Shown: positions 44,641-60,257, counted from the first letter of the stretch. The stretch is 64,000 nt of DNA from Octopus vulgaris (GCA_951406725.2 OX597831.1:79174001-79238000); one strand, 5' to 3'. Program-made: numbers and translations. Notes: generated by a model not told the origin, from the sequence alone.

Positions 44641-44682
44641 AATTATTATTACTATTATTATTAATATTATCATTATCATTAC

Positions 44683-44721
<39 letters not shown>

Positions 44722-44741
44722 CATGATTACTATTATTATTA

Positions 44742-44772
<31 letters not shown>

Positions 44773-44798
44773 TATTATTATATATTTATTATCATTAC

Positions 44799-44869
<71 letters not shown>

Positions 44870-44870
<1 letters not shown>

Positions 44871-45268
44871 GAGTGAGAGAGCAGTGCATGCCTTCAAAGT
44901 GAAACTGGGGTAAAATATACGAAGCCCAGTATACCCATCATGACTACCCGTCTGATAAGGGTACACCAGGCACATGCATCACAACCATATGTGATTGACA
45001 TGGTGATCTCATATCAAGATAAACAGCACATGGCCTTGCAGTTGGGGGCCCAGTTTGAATATTCTTCTGGTCGGGTAGCCCATCCCGCTCAAAAGGTCCC
45101 TAAATAAGGGCTGTTTAAGGATGTTGAACGAAACACCCATGTTTCTAGAGGTGAATTATTCGAACCCCAAATAATCCCTCTCAACACATGGCTATGATGC
45201 TCCCCCACTACTTCTGCTCGTGATCAGAGATACACATATCGTCAGCCAATGAGGGACATGGTCAACTG
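44870..45268 (-). mobile_element. Non-coding element ending in (TAA)n; same family as 17095-17474
   Basis: Reverse-complement match to the 17 kb copy. Confidence 0.8.
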
Positions 45269-45737
45269 TGGCGGCAGCGGCGGTGGCAGCGGCGGTGGCA
45301 GCGGCGGTGGCAGCGGCGGCGGCGATGGTGGTGGCGGGGGTGATGATGGTGGCAGTGGTGTTGGTGGTGGTGTTGATTGTGGTGGTGGTGGTGGTGGAGG
45401 TATTAATCTCGATTCCTAAACTCTTAATGGTTTCTCTGATAACGAATATTTTAATTCTGGGTGGCAGATTAAATTTGGGGTAGGAAGATGAGTGTATCGT
45501 AATGTTAATGGTGGAGCGGGTGCCGTTGAGAGTATAGGGGTGGAAGTGGAAGAACGAGCGGGATTGGTGATGACGATGGGTGTGGCGGCGAGGATAATAG
45601 CGGTGGTATTGATGGTGAGATGATTTTCAAAGTATAGTAGCTGTTGTTGTTGTTGCTGTTGTTGTTGCTGTTGTTGTTGTTGTTGTTGTTGTTATTATTA
45701 TTATTATTATTATCATGATTACTATTATTAATGTTAA

Positions 45738-45806
<69 letters not shown>

Positions 45807-45848
45807 CATTATTATAATTATTATCATGATTACTATTATTAATGTTAA

Positions 45849-45899
<51 letters not shown>

Positions 45900-45935
45900 C
45901 ATTATTATAATTATTATCATGATTACTATTATTAA

Positions 45936-46013
<78 letters not shown>

Positions 46014-46124
46014 CGGTGGAGATGGTGGTAGTGGTTGAAGTGGTTGGGATTGTGGTCCTTAGCGGTGGTGAATTTCACGATAGGGCTGGAAAGAAAAGTG
46101 AAAATGACGTCATTGTTTATTATC

Positions 46125-47300
<1,176 letters not shown>

Positions 47301-47304
47301 CATA

Positions 47305-47660
47305 GTGAGGCGTAATGGCCCAGTGGTTACTGCAGCGGACTCGCTGTCGTTGGATCTCGGTTTCGATTCCCAGACCGGGAGTTGTGAGTGTTTATTGAGC
47401 GAAAAGGCCTAAAGCTCCACGATTCTCCGGCAGGGGATAGTGGTGAACCCTACTGTACTCTTTCACCACAACTTTCTCTCACTTTTTATTCCTGTTTCTG
47501 TTGTGCCCGTATTTCAAAGAGCCACCCTTGTCACACTCTGTGTTACGCTGCATCTCCCCGAGAACTACGTTAAAGGTACAGGTGTCTGTCGAGCGGGCTG
47601 TTCCGTTCATTAGCTCAACTGGAACACTCGTCGTCGTAACTGACGTAATGCCTCGATTTA
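47305..47660 (+). mobile_element. tRNA-like SINE family C
   Basis: A box tggcccagtgg and B box ggtttcgattcc; matches the copies at 12748 (-) and 53057 (+). Confidence 0.85.
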
Positions 47661-47692
47661 CTCCCCCACATATATATATGTACACCTATGTA

Positions 47693-47739
<47 letters not shown>

Positions 47740-47816
47740 GAGTAAGGTGATGCAGTACGACAGTTTCAAGCGACTCCATTTAATTGACTCCTAAGTACAT
47801 ACATACACATATATAA

Positions 47817-47855
<39 letters not shown>

Positions 47856-47858
47856 TGC

Positions 47859-47899
<41 letters not shown>

Positions 47900-48142
47900 T
47901 GTGTAGAAGATTGAAAATGTACACACGTGTTGATACGTATACGGAAAATAAGCGACAGACAGAAAAATGCAAAATTCCCTTAAAAAAGGAAACTGTCCCT
48001 TGCATTTGAAAACTATGGAAATATTCTAAAAAACATTTCACTTCGCTTTTCCACAATTTAATTCTTTTTCATGCTTTCCTCTAAGTTGAAAAAGCCGAAA
48101 AAGATGTAACCGGTACTAAAATGTTCTTCATGATAAGAGTTT

Positions 48143-48173
<31 letters not shown>

Positions 48174-48461
48174 ATATGTATGCATATATAGATTATATAT
48201 ATATATATTATATATACATATATGTGTGTGTGTTTATGTATATATATATATATGCTCAAGCGTAGCTATGTGATAAGCAGTTTGTTTCCCAACCCCATGA
48301 TTGCGGATTCAGTGCCACTCTGCGGCACTTTGGTCAAGTGCCTTCTACTATTGCTTCGGACACGTCAAAGCCACTTGAGTGGACATGGTAGACGGAAACA
48401 CACATGCACACACATCCATATGTGTGTTTACGTGTGCGTATTTTCCATTTTATTGTTGAAT

Positions 48462-48495
<34 letters not shown>

Positions 48496-48498
48496 GTA

Positions 48499-48580
<82 letters not shown>

Positions 48581-48799
48581 AAATGAAGGTGCGAAATTGG
48601 ATATTAATTTTAGCACCAGTGGTCTAGCAATTGAAAGCTGAGAGTCAGTAAATAGTATTTTATACATAAATATAAATTTAGCGCTCCTAAACGAAGACTT
48701 TTGAAAATAACCGCAAATATAATAGGTGGAACTACATGCATTTTCGACCTCGTGTTGATATCTGGCGTGAAGTTCTACAAATTATATCTTGCAAAGAGG

Positions 48800-48876
48800 A
48801 TCACACTGACGATCTACAGATAAATTGTGTAAGTAAAATTACGTAATTTCTTGATAGTGAAACAATTGTTTGTGAT
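48800..48876 (+). ncRNA. Type I hammerhead ribozyme motif with a long stem II
   Basis: atcaca-CTGACGA-t-cta...tag-t-GAAA-caattg-TT-tgtgat. Confidence 0.7.
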
Positions 48877-49014
48877 TAATCTATATTTTTCTTATTTTTC
48901 ATTTGTCTTGCTCGCTTACGTTTCTGGTGTGCTAAATTTTCTGCAGAACAATTCTTAGTGGTTTAGACCATAGCGGATCTTCTTCTAGCGTAAGGGTTTC
49001 CACATAGTGGTTCC

Positions 49015-49062
<48 letters not shown>

Positions 49063-49289
49063 GTGAGAGAGAGAGAGAGAAAGAGAGCTAGAAATAGTTG
49101 GTGAACAAGGTGAACAAAATCCAAATAGAGCAACAGGATAACAAGAAGTGATGTAGTACGTCCGTTTCAAGTGCCTCCATTTAATTGACTCCTAAATACA
49201 TATATTTTCCTATAACTACAAGAACTTCATGTAACTTTAATAATTCATTTACATAATGTTGTTGCTATTATTTGCTCAGTACAAAGCTT

Positions 49290-49670
49290 CGAGTTGGCAG
49301 AAACTTTAGCACGCCGGGCGAAATGCTTAGCGGCCTTTCGTCTGCGTTTACGTTCTGGGTTCAAATTTCTGCGAGGTCAACTCCGCCTTTTATCCTTTCG
49401 GGGTCGATAAATTAAGTAGCAGTTGTGTACTGATGACGATCTAATCGACTGGCCCCGTCTACAAATATTTCGGGCTTTGTACCTAGAGTAGAAAAGAAAC
49501 GTTAGCAAGCTGGCCAAAATGCTTATCGGTATTTCGTCCGCCTTTATGGTCTGGGTTTAAATTCCGCCGAGATCGACTTCGCCTTTCATCATTATTTCGA
49601 TGAATTAAGTACCAATTGAATATTGGGGTCGTTGTAATTAACTAGCCCCTCCCCCAAAGTTTCAGGCCTT
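49290..49670 (+). mobile_element. Head-to-tail dimer of SINE family A
   Basis: Two consecutive copies; junction gtagaaaa/gaaacgttagc at about 49497. Confidence 0.85.
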
Positions 49671-50329
49671 ATTTACTCAATGTTATGTCGAAACATCTTG
49701 AATGCCCACAAAAGATCGAACCACAAAGTCCTTGGATCAAAGTCATGATTCAGAGGTCAATTCTCTGCAAATATTGTTAATTTTTTACGTAAATGTTTAT
49801 CAAGACATTCACAGCTACTTAGAGGAGAACGAGCAACGCTTATGCTTCTTGAGGCCTTTGAAATGAATAGAAGCTCATTAAGGGGATACTCTCAAACAGG
49901 ACAACTGAGCCGAATGCTTGTAACGAAATGAAAATTAATAAGTGCTCCTAAGGTCCCAGGTAGCTGTGTGAAGCCCTGAGACATCTTAGGTCTATCATCC
50001 ATCCAACAACAGTAGCAATACTTTCAATGGGTTTCCTTACAATTTCCTTCTAGCAAATTCCGAGCGCCCTCGGTCAATTCAGAACAACGGTAGAATACAG
50101 TAGTTTTTCAAGCCGCCGCAAAGTGAGATCGAACTTGGAATCATTAAGATATAAAGCGAACCTCTCCACCACACAGCCATGGGTGAGCCTACAAAACATT
50201 TTGATACCAATCCTTTACATGGATCCCTTCTATTCAACAGTTCCACAATTGCATTTTACCGTTTTAAAGTATTGCTCATGTTTCCTTTTTAATAGTCCAT
50301 CGTTTTTAGGTTCTCAGTTTTTTGCTGAT

Positions 50330-50403
50330 CATATTCATCACCATCACCGTCACAATCATCATCATCATCATCACCATCACCCTTTTCATCACCATCATCA
50401 TCA

Positions 50404-50488
<85 letters not shown>

Positions 50489-50629
50489 CATTATTATTAT
50501 TATTATTATTATTACTGTTATTATTATTATTATCATTATTATTATTATTTTTATTATTATTATTACTGTTATTATTATTATTATCATCATCATTATTATT
50601 ATTATTATTGTTATTATTATTATTATTAT

Positions 50630-50672
<43 letters not shown>

Positions 50673-50786
50673 TGTTATTATTATTATTATCATTATTATT
50701 ATTATTTATTATTATTATTATTACTGTTATTATTATTATTATCATCATCATTATTATTATTATTATTGTTATTATTATTATTATTA

Positions 50787-50829
<43 letters not shown>

Positions 50830-50942
50830 TGTTATTATTATTATTATCATTATTATTATTATTTTTATTATTATTATTACTGTTATTATTATTATTATCA
50901 TCATCATTATTATTATTATTATTGTTATTATTATTATTATTA

Positions 50943-50985
<43 letters not shown>

Positions 50986-51027
50986 TGTTATTATTATTAT
51001 TATCATCATTATTATTATTATTATTAT

Positions 51028-51058
<31 letters not shown>

Positions 51059-51074
51059 GTTATTATTATTATTA

Positions 51075-51159
<85 letters not shown>

Positions 51160-51314
51160 TGTTATTATTATTATTATCATTATTATTATTACTATTATCA
51201 TTACTGTTATTATTATTATTATTATTATCATTATTATTATTATCATTATTACTATTATTGTTATTATTATTATTACTGTAATTATTATTATTACTGTTAT
51301 TATTATTATTATCA

Positions 51315-51358
<44 letters not shown>

Positions 51359-51380
51359 TTTATTATCATTATTATTATTA
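50330..51380. repeat. (TAT)n array with higher-order duplicated interruption patterns
   Basis: The pattern ttactgttat...catcatcatt...ttgtt repeats with a period of about 158 bp. Confidence 0.9.
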
Positions 51381-51552
51381 GTTAGTGTAAAATACCGTTA
51401 TTAGCTGTGTCGTCTGCCCTGGAGGCTTGATCTTAGGATACGTCCACGCGATGTTCCTTAGAAATTAATTAAGATTTCCTTAATTGCATTTGGTCTTGTA
51501 CTTTAATAGCAGATTTTGTTTTATTTTTTTAGCTTTTCTCATTTTTATTGAA

Positions 51553-51613
<61 letters not shown>

Positions 51614-51964
51614 GCACTTATTTTATGTATTCATTGTGCGCATATTTTTCAAGAAATTGCGAAGATTCACGCGAATAATCAATCTATTCGACAAATAAAA
51701 AAAATTATACAAAATTTTTTAAATAACTTTTCTAAAATTTTTTAATGATTTTTTAACCATGCTTCGGGGAAGAAAGTTTTTAATAGTCCAGACTAATTAG
51801 CCTTAGATTCAGTGTTTATATGGTCTCATATTATGTTTTAATCGGTGCCACCTTGAACCGTCTTCAGCAGCCGCTTTTGTTGCTCAATTTATGACAAAGC
51901 TTCGTATACAATCGTCAATTAAGGGATGCACAACCAAATACATTTACATATATGTATCAGTACA

Positions 51965-52026
<62 letters not shown>

Positions 52027-52154
52027 AATATATGCATTTATGTATGTATGTGTGTAGTGTGTATGTATGCATATATATATGTAGTATATATGTACGCATG
52101 TATGTAATATGTATGTATTTATGTATGTATGTACGTAGTATGTATGTATGTATG

Positions 52155-52960
52155 TCTTTATTTAGTTTTATTTCAATATTTCTTGTCAATAAAGGGCTGG
52201 TTTCTAACCTAGATCCAAGGCTCCTCCAGAGGAATTTCAACATCAACAACAGGGTATGTATGCATGTATGTATGTGTGTGTGTATATATGTATGTATGCA
52301 TGTATGTATGTGTTATGCATATATGTATGTATGTCATTGTTCAGTTTTATTTCAAGATTTCTTGTCAATGGAGAAAGAGCCGGTTTCTAATCTAGATTCA
52401 AGGCTCCTTCATTAGAATTCCAACATCAATAACTTGGTATATATGCATGTATGTATATATTTATGTATGTATGTCATTATTCAGTATTATTGCAAGATTT
52501 CTTCTCAATGGAGAAATAGCCGGTTTCGAACCCAGATACAAGGCCCGATCGCTGGAATTTCAACATCATCAACAATGTATTTTTGCATGGATTTGTGTAT
52601 ATGCATGTATATGCAGATTTGTATGTTTTGTTTTATATATGTATTCTCAAGCATACAATTGCTGCATGTCTAGACATGCAGTATATATGCTGCATGTATA
52701 TATACTTAAATGATAAACTTCTAGAACGCTTAACAAAATTTACAGATCCAGTGATTGCTTCGATCTGTTGTCTTCGAATCAGCTTTCGCTTTTATGGTTT
52801 GAGAAGCCATATTTCCCAAGCCTGGTTGTTAGGCAGTATGTTACATAGCTCAGTGGCCCTGTGAACTTGTAATCTGGATAGAGTAACTGCAAATTTCTCA
52901 ATAGTTCAGCGTAGGTATTCTCTTTTTAACAAATCTTTAGCCTAAAGTTAACATCGTATA
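52155..52960 (-). mobile_element. RLE-type LINE 3' fragment with three stacked 3' tails in (TATG)n
   Basis: Minus-strand peptide KENTYAELLRNLQLLYPDYKF; tails at 52155-52255, 52335-52440 and 52475-52580 share ggtttctaacctagat-like cores. Confidence 0.7.
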
Positions 52961-53056
52961 TATGTATGTATTTATATGTCATGAGTTGTATATTCTTTCT
53001 GAGCCTAGAACACATTTTATCATCCCTTTCACCGAACCGCTATGTTATGTGGATGA

Positions 53057-53337
53057 TGACTCGCGGTCGTAGGATCGCGGTTTCGATTCCCAGATTGGGC
53101 GTTGTAAGTGTTTATTGAGTGAAAACACCTAAAGCTCCACGAGGCTCCGGCAGGGGGTGGTGGTGATCCCTGCTGTACTCTTTCGCCACAACTTTCTCTC
53201 ACTCTTTCTTCTGTTGGCCTGCTCGCTTAACCAGCGGGGTGGCGTCATTTGAAGTCTAAAACAATGCGAAAGGCATTGTGACCAGCGACGTGTTGCAACA
53301 TCTGATAGACTGGTCGGTCACGATGATCGCGATGATA
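53057..53337 (+). mobile_element. SINE family C variant with an RTE-like tail
   Basis: Family C head, then gcattgtgaccagcga...tggtcggtcacgatgatc. Confidence 0.8.
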
Positions 53338-53345
53338 TTATATAT

Positions 53346-53560
53346 ATCACCTTGATCACCTTGACCGACCAGTCCGTGAGGCGTCCATTTGACACTGCTG
53401 GTCCCCTTTCTCATCCACGTGATCCCAATCGTCCTCCTGAAATCGTAACTCTACCGTCGTGGGAACCTCCCGGGTGGTCGTTTCCGTTCGCGCGGGTACC
53501 ACTCGACAACTGCGCGGGTCCACCAATTATCGGTGAGCCGGGCGACGTGTCCAGCCCGTC
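53346..53560 (-). mobile_element. RTE LINE 3' end
   Basis: Minus-strand peptide AGHVARLTDNWWTRAVVEWYPRERKRPPGRFPRR; tail tggtcggtcaaggtgatcaaggtgat. Confidence 0.8.
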
Positions 53561-54097
53561 ATATATATATATATATATATATATATGTCTGTCTATCTAT
53601 CAATCTATTTTTCTATCTGTTTATTTCTCTCTCTCTCCCTCTCTTTGAGTCTGAATCTCACGCAGATTATTATGCAGTCAGCTTCCTTAATAGTAGTTAC
53701 TCTCGCTCTGTACTATTATTAGTATTATTAGTTATGATATATAGTGGACAATTTAGATTAAAAAATTACACATGCCTATCTTAATTTTCCCAGGTATACA
53801 CACACAAACACACACACATACTCACACAAATACACACACACAGATATATATGTGTGTGAGAGAGAGTGACAGACAGACAGAGATGCAAACAGACAAAGAT
53901 AGCTTGACGCAGGGTTGCAATTGCAACGGTTACTAATCGGTGCAGTTGAAACCTGTGTAGGTCTGTATGAATCTGTATATACTTAAAAATGAATTAAAGG
54001 CAATGCTATACTACTTCGTTATTACCTTTATTATAATTGTTGATATGTATATATGTATGTATGTATGTGCGTTATGTATGTGCTATCTATATATACG

Positions 54098-54182
54098 TGT
54101 GAAGGCCTGTGGCTTAGTGGTTAGGGGTATTCGGCTAACGATCGTAAGGCTGTGAGTTCACTTCCCGGTGACTCGTTTTGTC

Positions 54183-54230
<48 letters not shown>

Positions 54231-54692
54231 CTTTGAGTGCGTGTTCGTGTCCACCACAGCTTGACAACTGGTGTTGTTGTTTATAACTCCCCATAACTTA
54301 ACAGATCGACAAAGAAGAAGAATAGAATAAGTTCCTGAGCTGGAAAGAATAATAAGTACTGGGGTTGATTAATTTGATTGAAAATTTTTGCAAGGTACCC
54401 CAGCATGGTCGCGGTACACTGACTGAAACAAGGCGGCGAGCTGGCAGAAACGTTAGCACGCCGGGCGAAATGCTTAGCGGTATTTCGTCTGTCTTTACGT
54501 TCTGAATTGAAATTCCGCCGAGGTGGACTTTGCCTTTCATCCTTTCGGGGTTGATTAATTAAGTACCAGTTACGCACTGGGGTCGATGTAATCGACTTAA
54601 TCCGTTTGTCTGTCCTTGTTTGTCCCCTTTGTGTTTGGCCCCTTGTGGGTAGTAAAGAAATAGGTGCACTGACTGAAATGTGTAAAAGAGTA
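54098..54692 (+). mobile_element. SINE with an alternative tRNA-like head plus the family B 3' module, carrying a nested family A SINE (54429-54666)
   Basis: TSD cactgactgaaa at 54417-54428 and 54667-54678. Confidence 0.85.
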
Positions 54693-54703
54693 AAACAATA
54701 TAC

Positions 54704-54760
<57 letters not shown>

Positions 54761-54829
54761 TATGTGTGTGTATGTGTATATATGTGAATATGTCTGTACA
54801 TATGTGTGTATGTATATATATATATATAT

Positions 54830-55015
54830 GGGGGTTGTTCCCTTCCACCTCATGACAACTGATGCTGGTGTGTTACGTCCCCTTAACCTTGCAGTTCGGC
54901 AAACGAAGCCGACAAGATAAGTAAATAGCTGTGATCGATTCCTCCGACTATAAATTCTCCAAGGCGGTGCCCCAGCATAGCCGCAGTGTAATGACTGAAA
55001 CAAGTAAAAGACAAA
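54830..55015 (+). mobile_element. SINE family B, 3' module
   Basis: tgacaactgatgctggtgtg...ggcggtgccccagcatagccgcagtgtaatgactgaaacaagtaaaag. Confidence 0.8.
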
Positions 55016-56280
55016 GAGGTATCTTAACAGGAATTAGGAAGGGGACGAGAGACAGAGGCTGGTAAAATATTTGTGGACTGACGATATTTATAACAAAGAA
55101 TGGAAAGAAAACCAGAGAACAAGGGATTGAGCGGTTATATGCAGATTATATGCATGCAGTAAAACATAGAGGGAACTGGGAAAACTTGGCTAGCAACCTC
55201 CTTCCTTGAACATAATGAGGCACCTGGCTCGTATATATATATATACGTAAAATATATAGGGTGGCGAATATTTTTAGAAATATCACCACCAGTGGCCTAG
55301 CATGAATAAAATGTCAATAGACAACATATGCTCAATGTAAATTAGTATACATTTAAACACAAGAGAAAACTACCTTTAACAGGTAATTTTTACATGCTAG
55401 AAGAAGCAGTCAAATTGACCAAAACCACATTTAAGATAAATTTTTAAAGGGAATGAAAAATAACTTTTACCTTGTTATTTTTATTTTTTTATTTTGTTAT
55501 ACTTCTTATTCTTTTATTTTTTATTTTTCAACCGTAAAAAAAATAAGGTAAAAGATTTTTATTTTTCATTTCCTTCCAAAATTGCTCTTAAATGTGGTTT
55601 TGATCCTTGTGGCTGCTTCTTCAAGCGTGTAAAACTTACGTATTAAAGGTAGTTTTCTTGGTGTTGCAGGCAGAATGGTTGATGTCTTTCTCAACCCCAC
55701 TCTACATAGGATTCTAACCGAGTGTATTTGGAGGCCAACAATTGGGGCTGGTGAAGTCGCAAAAATTCTTCGACAATCACTTCTGACTCCTTCCTGAAAT
55801 ATAGCAAGCAAACGAAACCTGCTTCCACACCTACCTCCAGGAACTGACTACAGCCTCCATATTACAGATTTTACAGTGTTCACAGAGTATGGAGCAGCAA
55901 CCACGAGGTCAGCATTTTGCTAACCGGCCCCAATCATTATACTACACTTAATACATTTCTAATATTGAAATAGCTTCCAATCTTCCGTGTCAGCTAAAAT
56001 TTTTACAATTACAACTTCAATCTTTATACTCTCCAACGCTGTTGAGTGTTCAGCAACACATCAAGCTGTTTATGAAAAAATAAAGGACACATTAAGATTT
56101 AGTCCGAATGCCCTGTAATTACAATCTTGTGATTGTTTTGCAAACCCCTGAGGTAAATATAAACAGTACTATTGTTATCATCGTTACTAAAGTTGATTTC
56201 ATCATTTTAATCAATATATATATATGTATATATATATATGTTTATATATATATGTATATATATATGTATGTATATATATA

Positions 56281-56454
<174 letters not shown>

Positions 56455-56601
56455 TGTATATATATATATATATATCCTTGTTGCCTTTTCATTCACATAC
56501 GATTTTAGTCCCGATGGCTAGCGAAATTACAAAGTACGAATGAATATAACCTGATAGCCATAATAAAGACTTACTATTGTTATCATTCTTGTTGTTGTTA
56601 A

Positions 56602-56642
<41 letters not shown>

Positions 56643-56682
56643 TAATTTTTACTATTACTATTACTATTACTATTACTATTAC

Positions 56683-56798
<116 letters not shown>

Positions 56799-57189
56799 TT
56801 ATTGCTTTATTCAGAAGCTGTTACAACACACTCCTATATTTCTTTGTATAGCTTACACAAAAGACATTTGAAGTAGCTGAAACCTCCAGGCAAAGCGGCG
56901 TCTCCTGCAACATATATACGCAAACGTGTATATTTAACCGTTTAATTTTTACCTATTGGTTCCCCCACGCGTATCTCTTTATTCCGTGTACCTTCGTATA
57001 TCTTCAAGAACAACGAAGCGAAACGAACAGTTTAAGTTTCTACTGGGAAGATTTAACAAGAAATGACACTTCGAGTGAAACTTCCCTCTTTGCGAACCGA
57101 ACAGCATATTAAAGGCCTTACAGGGCGTTCAGTACACACGAATTTGCATACAAACATACATGCATACATACGTACGTAGGTACGTCGGT

Positions 57190-57405
57190 ACATGATGACT
57201 GCCCCTTTGTTATCGAGTATGGCCATTGCAAGAAGCTTAACTGTTATTGGTGCTGTGATCGAATGTGACTTTTTAGCCCAGCTAAAGATCTACAATGTCT
57301 TGTACAGAATTGGCAGCTAAAACTTTTACCGGTAATAGCCGGCTGTAGTTGTAACTGGGCTTCATGTACTTTTGCATGTCGTTTAAGTCCTCCTGCCGAA
57401 TTACA
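57190..57405 (-). mobile_element. Probable RTE LINE C-terminal zinc-finger end
   Basis: SAGGLKRHAKVH...FSCQFCTRHCRSLAGLKSHIRSQH, a stop, then a short tail into microsatellite; no TGEKP linker. Confidence 0.55.
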
Positions 57406-57575
57406 CATGTATGTACACGTCGGTACATACATACATACATATATGCACACACTCGTACACACAAACATACATACATACATACATACAAACATACATACAT
57501 ACATACACACATACATACATGCATGTATACATAAAAACATACATACATACATACATACATACATACATACATACA

Positions 57576-57604
<29 letters not shown>

Positions 57605-57606
<2 letters not shown>

Positions 57607-58145
57607 TATATCCAGAATACAAATTTACATTTATCCCAATAAGAGTTGGAGCACTTGGTTTTGTAAGTAAATGCTTAACTTTCAGATTGGATAAGCTTGG
57701 ATTTTCAGAAAAAGGAGTCAACCAACTGACTCGCACTTTACAAATATAACCTGTAAGCGGAACAGTCAAACTTTGCAAGAGTTTCCTAAGGTTTAAAATG
57801 TGACATTATTTTCGTTATCTACATTCCAAAGATGGAGATTTGTATCTTCGTTAGAAACTAGCTCCTTCTTTGGAGGAAGAATTTTCAATGATAAAATTGC
57901 AGAAGGGATATACATACATACATACATACATACATACATACATACATACATACATACATACATACATACATACATACATACATAGATACATAGAAACATT
58001 CACACGAACACACACGAAGACATACAGTCAAACAGACGAAGTTGATTATCCTGAGATGGACGGATCAAAAGAACAGTATTGGAGCTTAAAAATTGAAACA
58101 TGCAACAAGTTTCTACACAATAGGCCAGATATTGCTGTGGACAGC
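57605..58145 (+). mobile_element. RLE-type LINE fragments in (CATA)n
   Basis: YPEYKFTFIPIRVGALGFV...SGTVKLCKSFL plus tail; a separate piece reads YWSLKIETCNKFLHNRPDIAV. Confidence 0.7.
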
Positions 58146-58409
58146 TTTTAATTGCTTCAGTCATTGGGATGGGGTCATAAAGAGCTTTAGTCGAACGAAT
58201 CGGCCCGATACTTATTTTTTGAAGCCTAGTATTTATTCCGATGGATTGTTTTGTTGAACCACTAAGTTACAGGAACGTAAACATAGAAACAGTGTCTGAT
58301 GGAGGACACAGACAGACACACATACATACAAATATATATACAAATACTCAAACACATACACACAAATATAGATAGATACATAAATAAACAGTCAGACAAA
58401 CAGATAGAT

Positions 58410-58458
<49 letters not shown>

Positions 58459-58463
58459 TAGAC

Positions 58464-58542
<79 letters not shown>

Positions 58543-59159
58543 CGGATGCATAAGGGAACTTATGCTTTGTAAGTCTAGTACTTACTCTATCGATCTCTTT
58601 TGCCGAACCGCTAAGTTACGGGGACGTAAACACAAGAACATCGGTTGTCAAGCGATGGAAGGAGGACAAATACAGACACACAAAAACATACACACACATT
58701 TACGAATTTAATTAGTTTCTGAAGTTCGTTCTTCACGGTAAATGTTCGTAAACTGATATTATTTTTCCCATTAAAAATTCAAGAGAAGACACAGCGAATT
58801 TGAACATGGACGTGTACTGAGCGAAAGTTAGACACCAAGAGATGCTATGTCTCTCTGACACTTGCACCTTGTAACCAACTGTTGTTTCTGTCTTGCGTGT
58901 TCGTTATTCGAGACTCAGTTCGTCATCCAAGGCGATTTATGTTCGAAATTTTCATCGTCAACTGATTTGTTTGTGATGAGAGAAGTATCTCTTTAACCGA
59001 AGTACCACCGTACATTTAAAAATGTTTCCTGATTACATTCTACCATATTACATTCTCGTGATAGAATTAAAAATTTAAAGAAAAAGAAATTTGTGAATCT
59101 GCAGTAAATTGTGATCTGTAAATTTTTACAGGCACGCACTAAGGCGCACGCACTCCCCC

Positions 59160-59200
<41 letters not shown>

Positions 59201-59255
59201 CACATACTCACACACGTAAATACATTCGCGAACACACACACACACACTCACACAT

Positions 59256-59305
<50 letters not shown>

Positions 59306-59319
59306 CTTTTATTTTTTTT

Positions 59320-59697
59320 CTCTTTTATTTGTTTCAGTCATTTGACTGCGGCCATGCTGGAGCACCGCCTTTAGTCGAGCAACTCGACCCCAGGACTTAT
59401 TATTTTGTAAGCCAGGTATTTATTCTATCGGTCTCTTTTGCCGAACTGCTAAGTGACGGAGACGTAAACACACCAGCATCGGTTGTCAAGCAATGCTAGG
59501 GGGACAAACACAGACACACAAACATATACACACATACATATAAACATATATATACATATATATGACAGGCTTCTTTCAGTTTCCGTCTACCAAATCCACT
59601 CACAAGGCTTTGATGCCCAAGGTGCCACGCAGTGGGATTGAACCCGGAACCATGTGGTTCGTAAGCAAGATACTTACCACAACGCCACTCCTACGCC
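59320..59697 (-). mobile_element. SINE family B, nearly full length
   Basis: Reverse complement of the 7402 copy with a small deletion. Confidence 0.9.
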
Positions 59698-59734
59698 TAT
59701 ATATATATATATATATAAAGTTTGTATGTTTACG

Positions 59735-59795
<61 letters not shown>

Positions 59796-60257
59796 TTACC
59801 ACGTCGGTTTCGACGTATCGGGGTCCGACAGCCTACACTTTTTTCGTCAGTCATAATTTTAGAGAGTACCACCAACGACAAATGTAGCAATTATGAGGAT
59901 TACGGGTCAGGTGCAGTCAGTGTATTTGCCTCCGCTTTTCTTCTTTACTTTACACCTCTTTAGCCTGTTAATGCGCATCGAAACAAACTCTGTGATACCA
60001 ATTTGACGCGGAAAATGAATAGGAACAACACAGAAAAACAGAGGTGTATCAAATACCATATAACATATAATCTTGATACAACAACATTATCTCGGCTTGC
60101 AAGGGATATATTGCAGGTACCAAACAGAAGTTCCACTATAGTAGTGTAGATATTTCTCAGGAATAGCGTAGATAATCTCAAGAATTATACAAAGTTAACA
60201 TGCATTTTATTAAGGAAAAGGAACCAACTTAAGGTCTAGTGATAAGAGAACGGAATT

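Noticed and set aside
45195-45268. HDV-like ribozyme in the TAA-linked element
   Set aside because: A P3-like ctc/gag hairpin is present, but P1, P1.1 and P2 could not be assigned by eye.
47305-47385. Functional tRNA gene
   Set aside because: A and B boxes are present, but the sequence continues into a SINE body found in several copies; no convincing cloverleaf or terminator.
50123-51385. 420-aa poly-Ile/Tyr/Leu ORFs
   Set aside because: Translation of the (TAT)n array.
52155-52580. CRISPR-like repeat/spacer array
   Set aside because: Units are diverged 100-bp LINE tails separated by microsatellite, in eukaryotic context with no cas genes.
57244-57600. Host C2H2 zinc-finger gene exon
   Set aside because: No TGEKP linker, ends in a LINE-like tail, and upstream is microsatellite; an RTE C-terminus fits better, though an exon is not fully excluded.
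58914-58966. Hammerhead candidate (tcagtt...gaaat...gtc aactga)
   Set aside because: A stem I-like pairing exists but there is no recognisable core on either strand.
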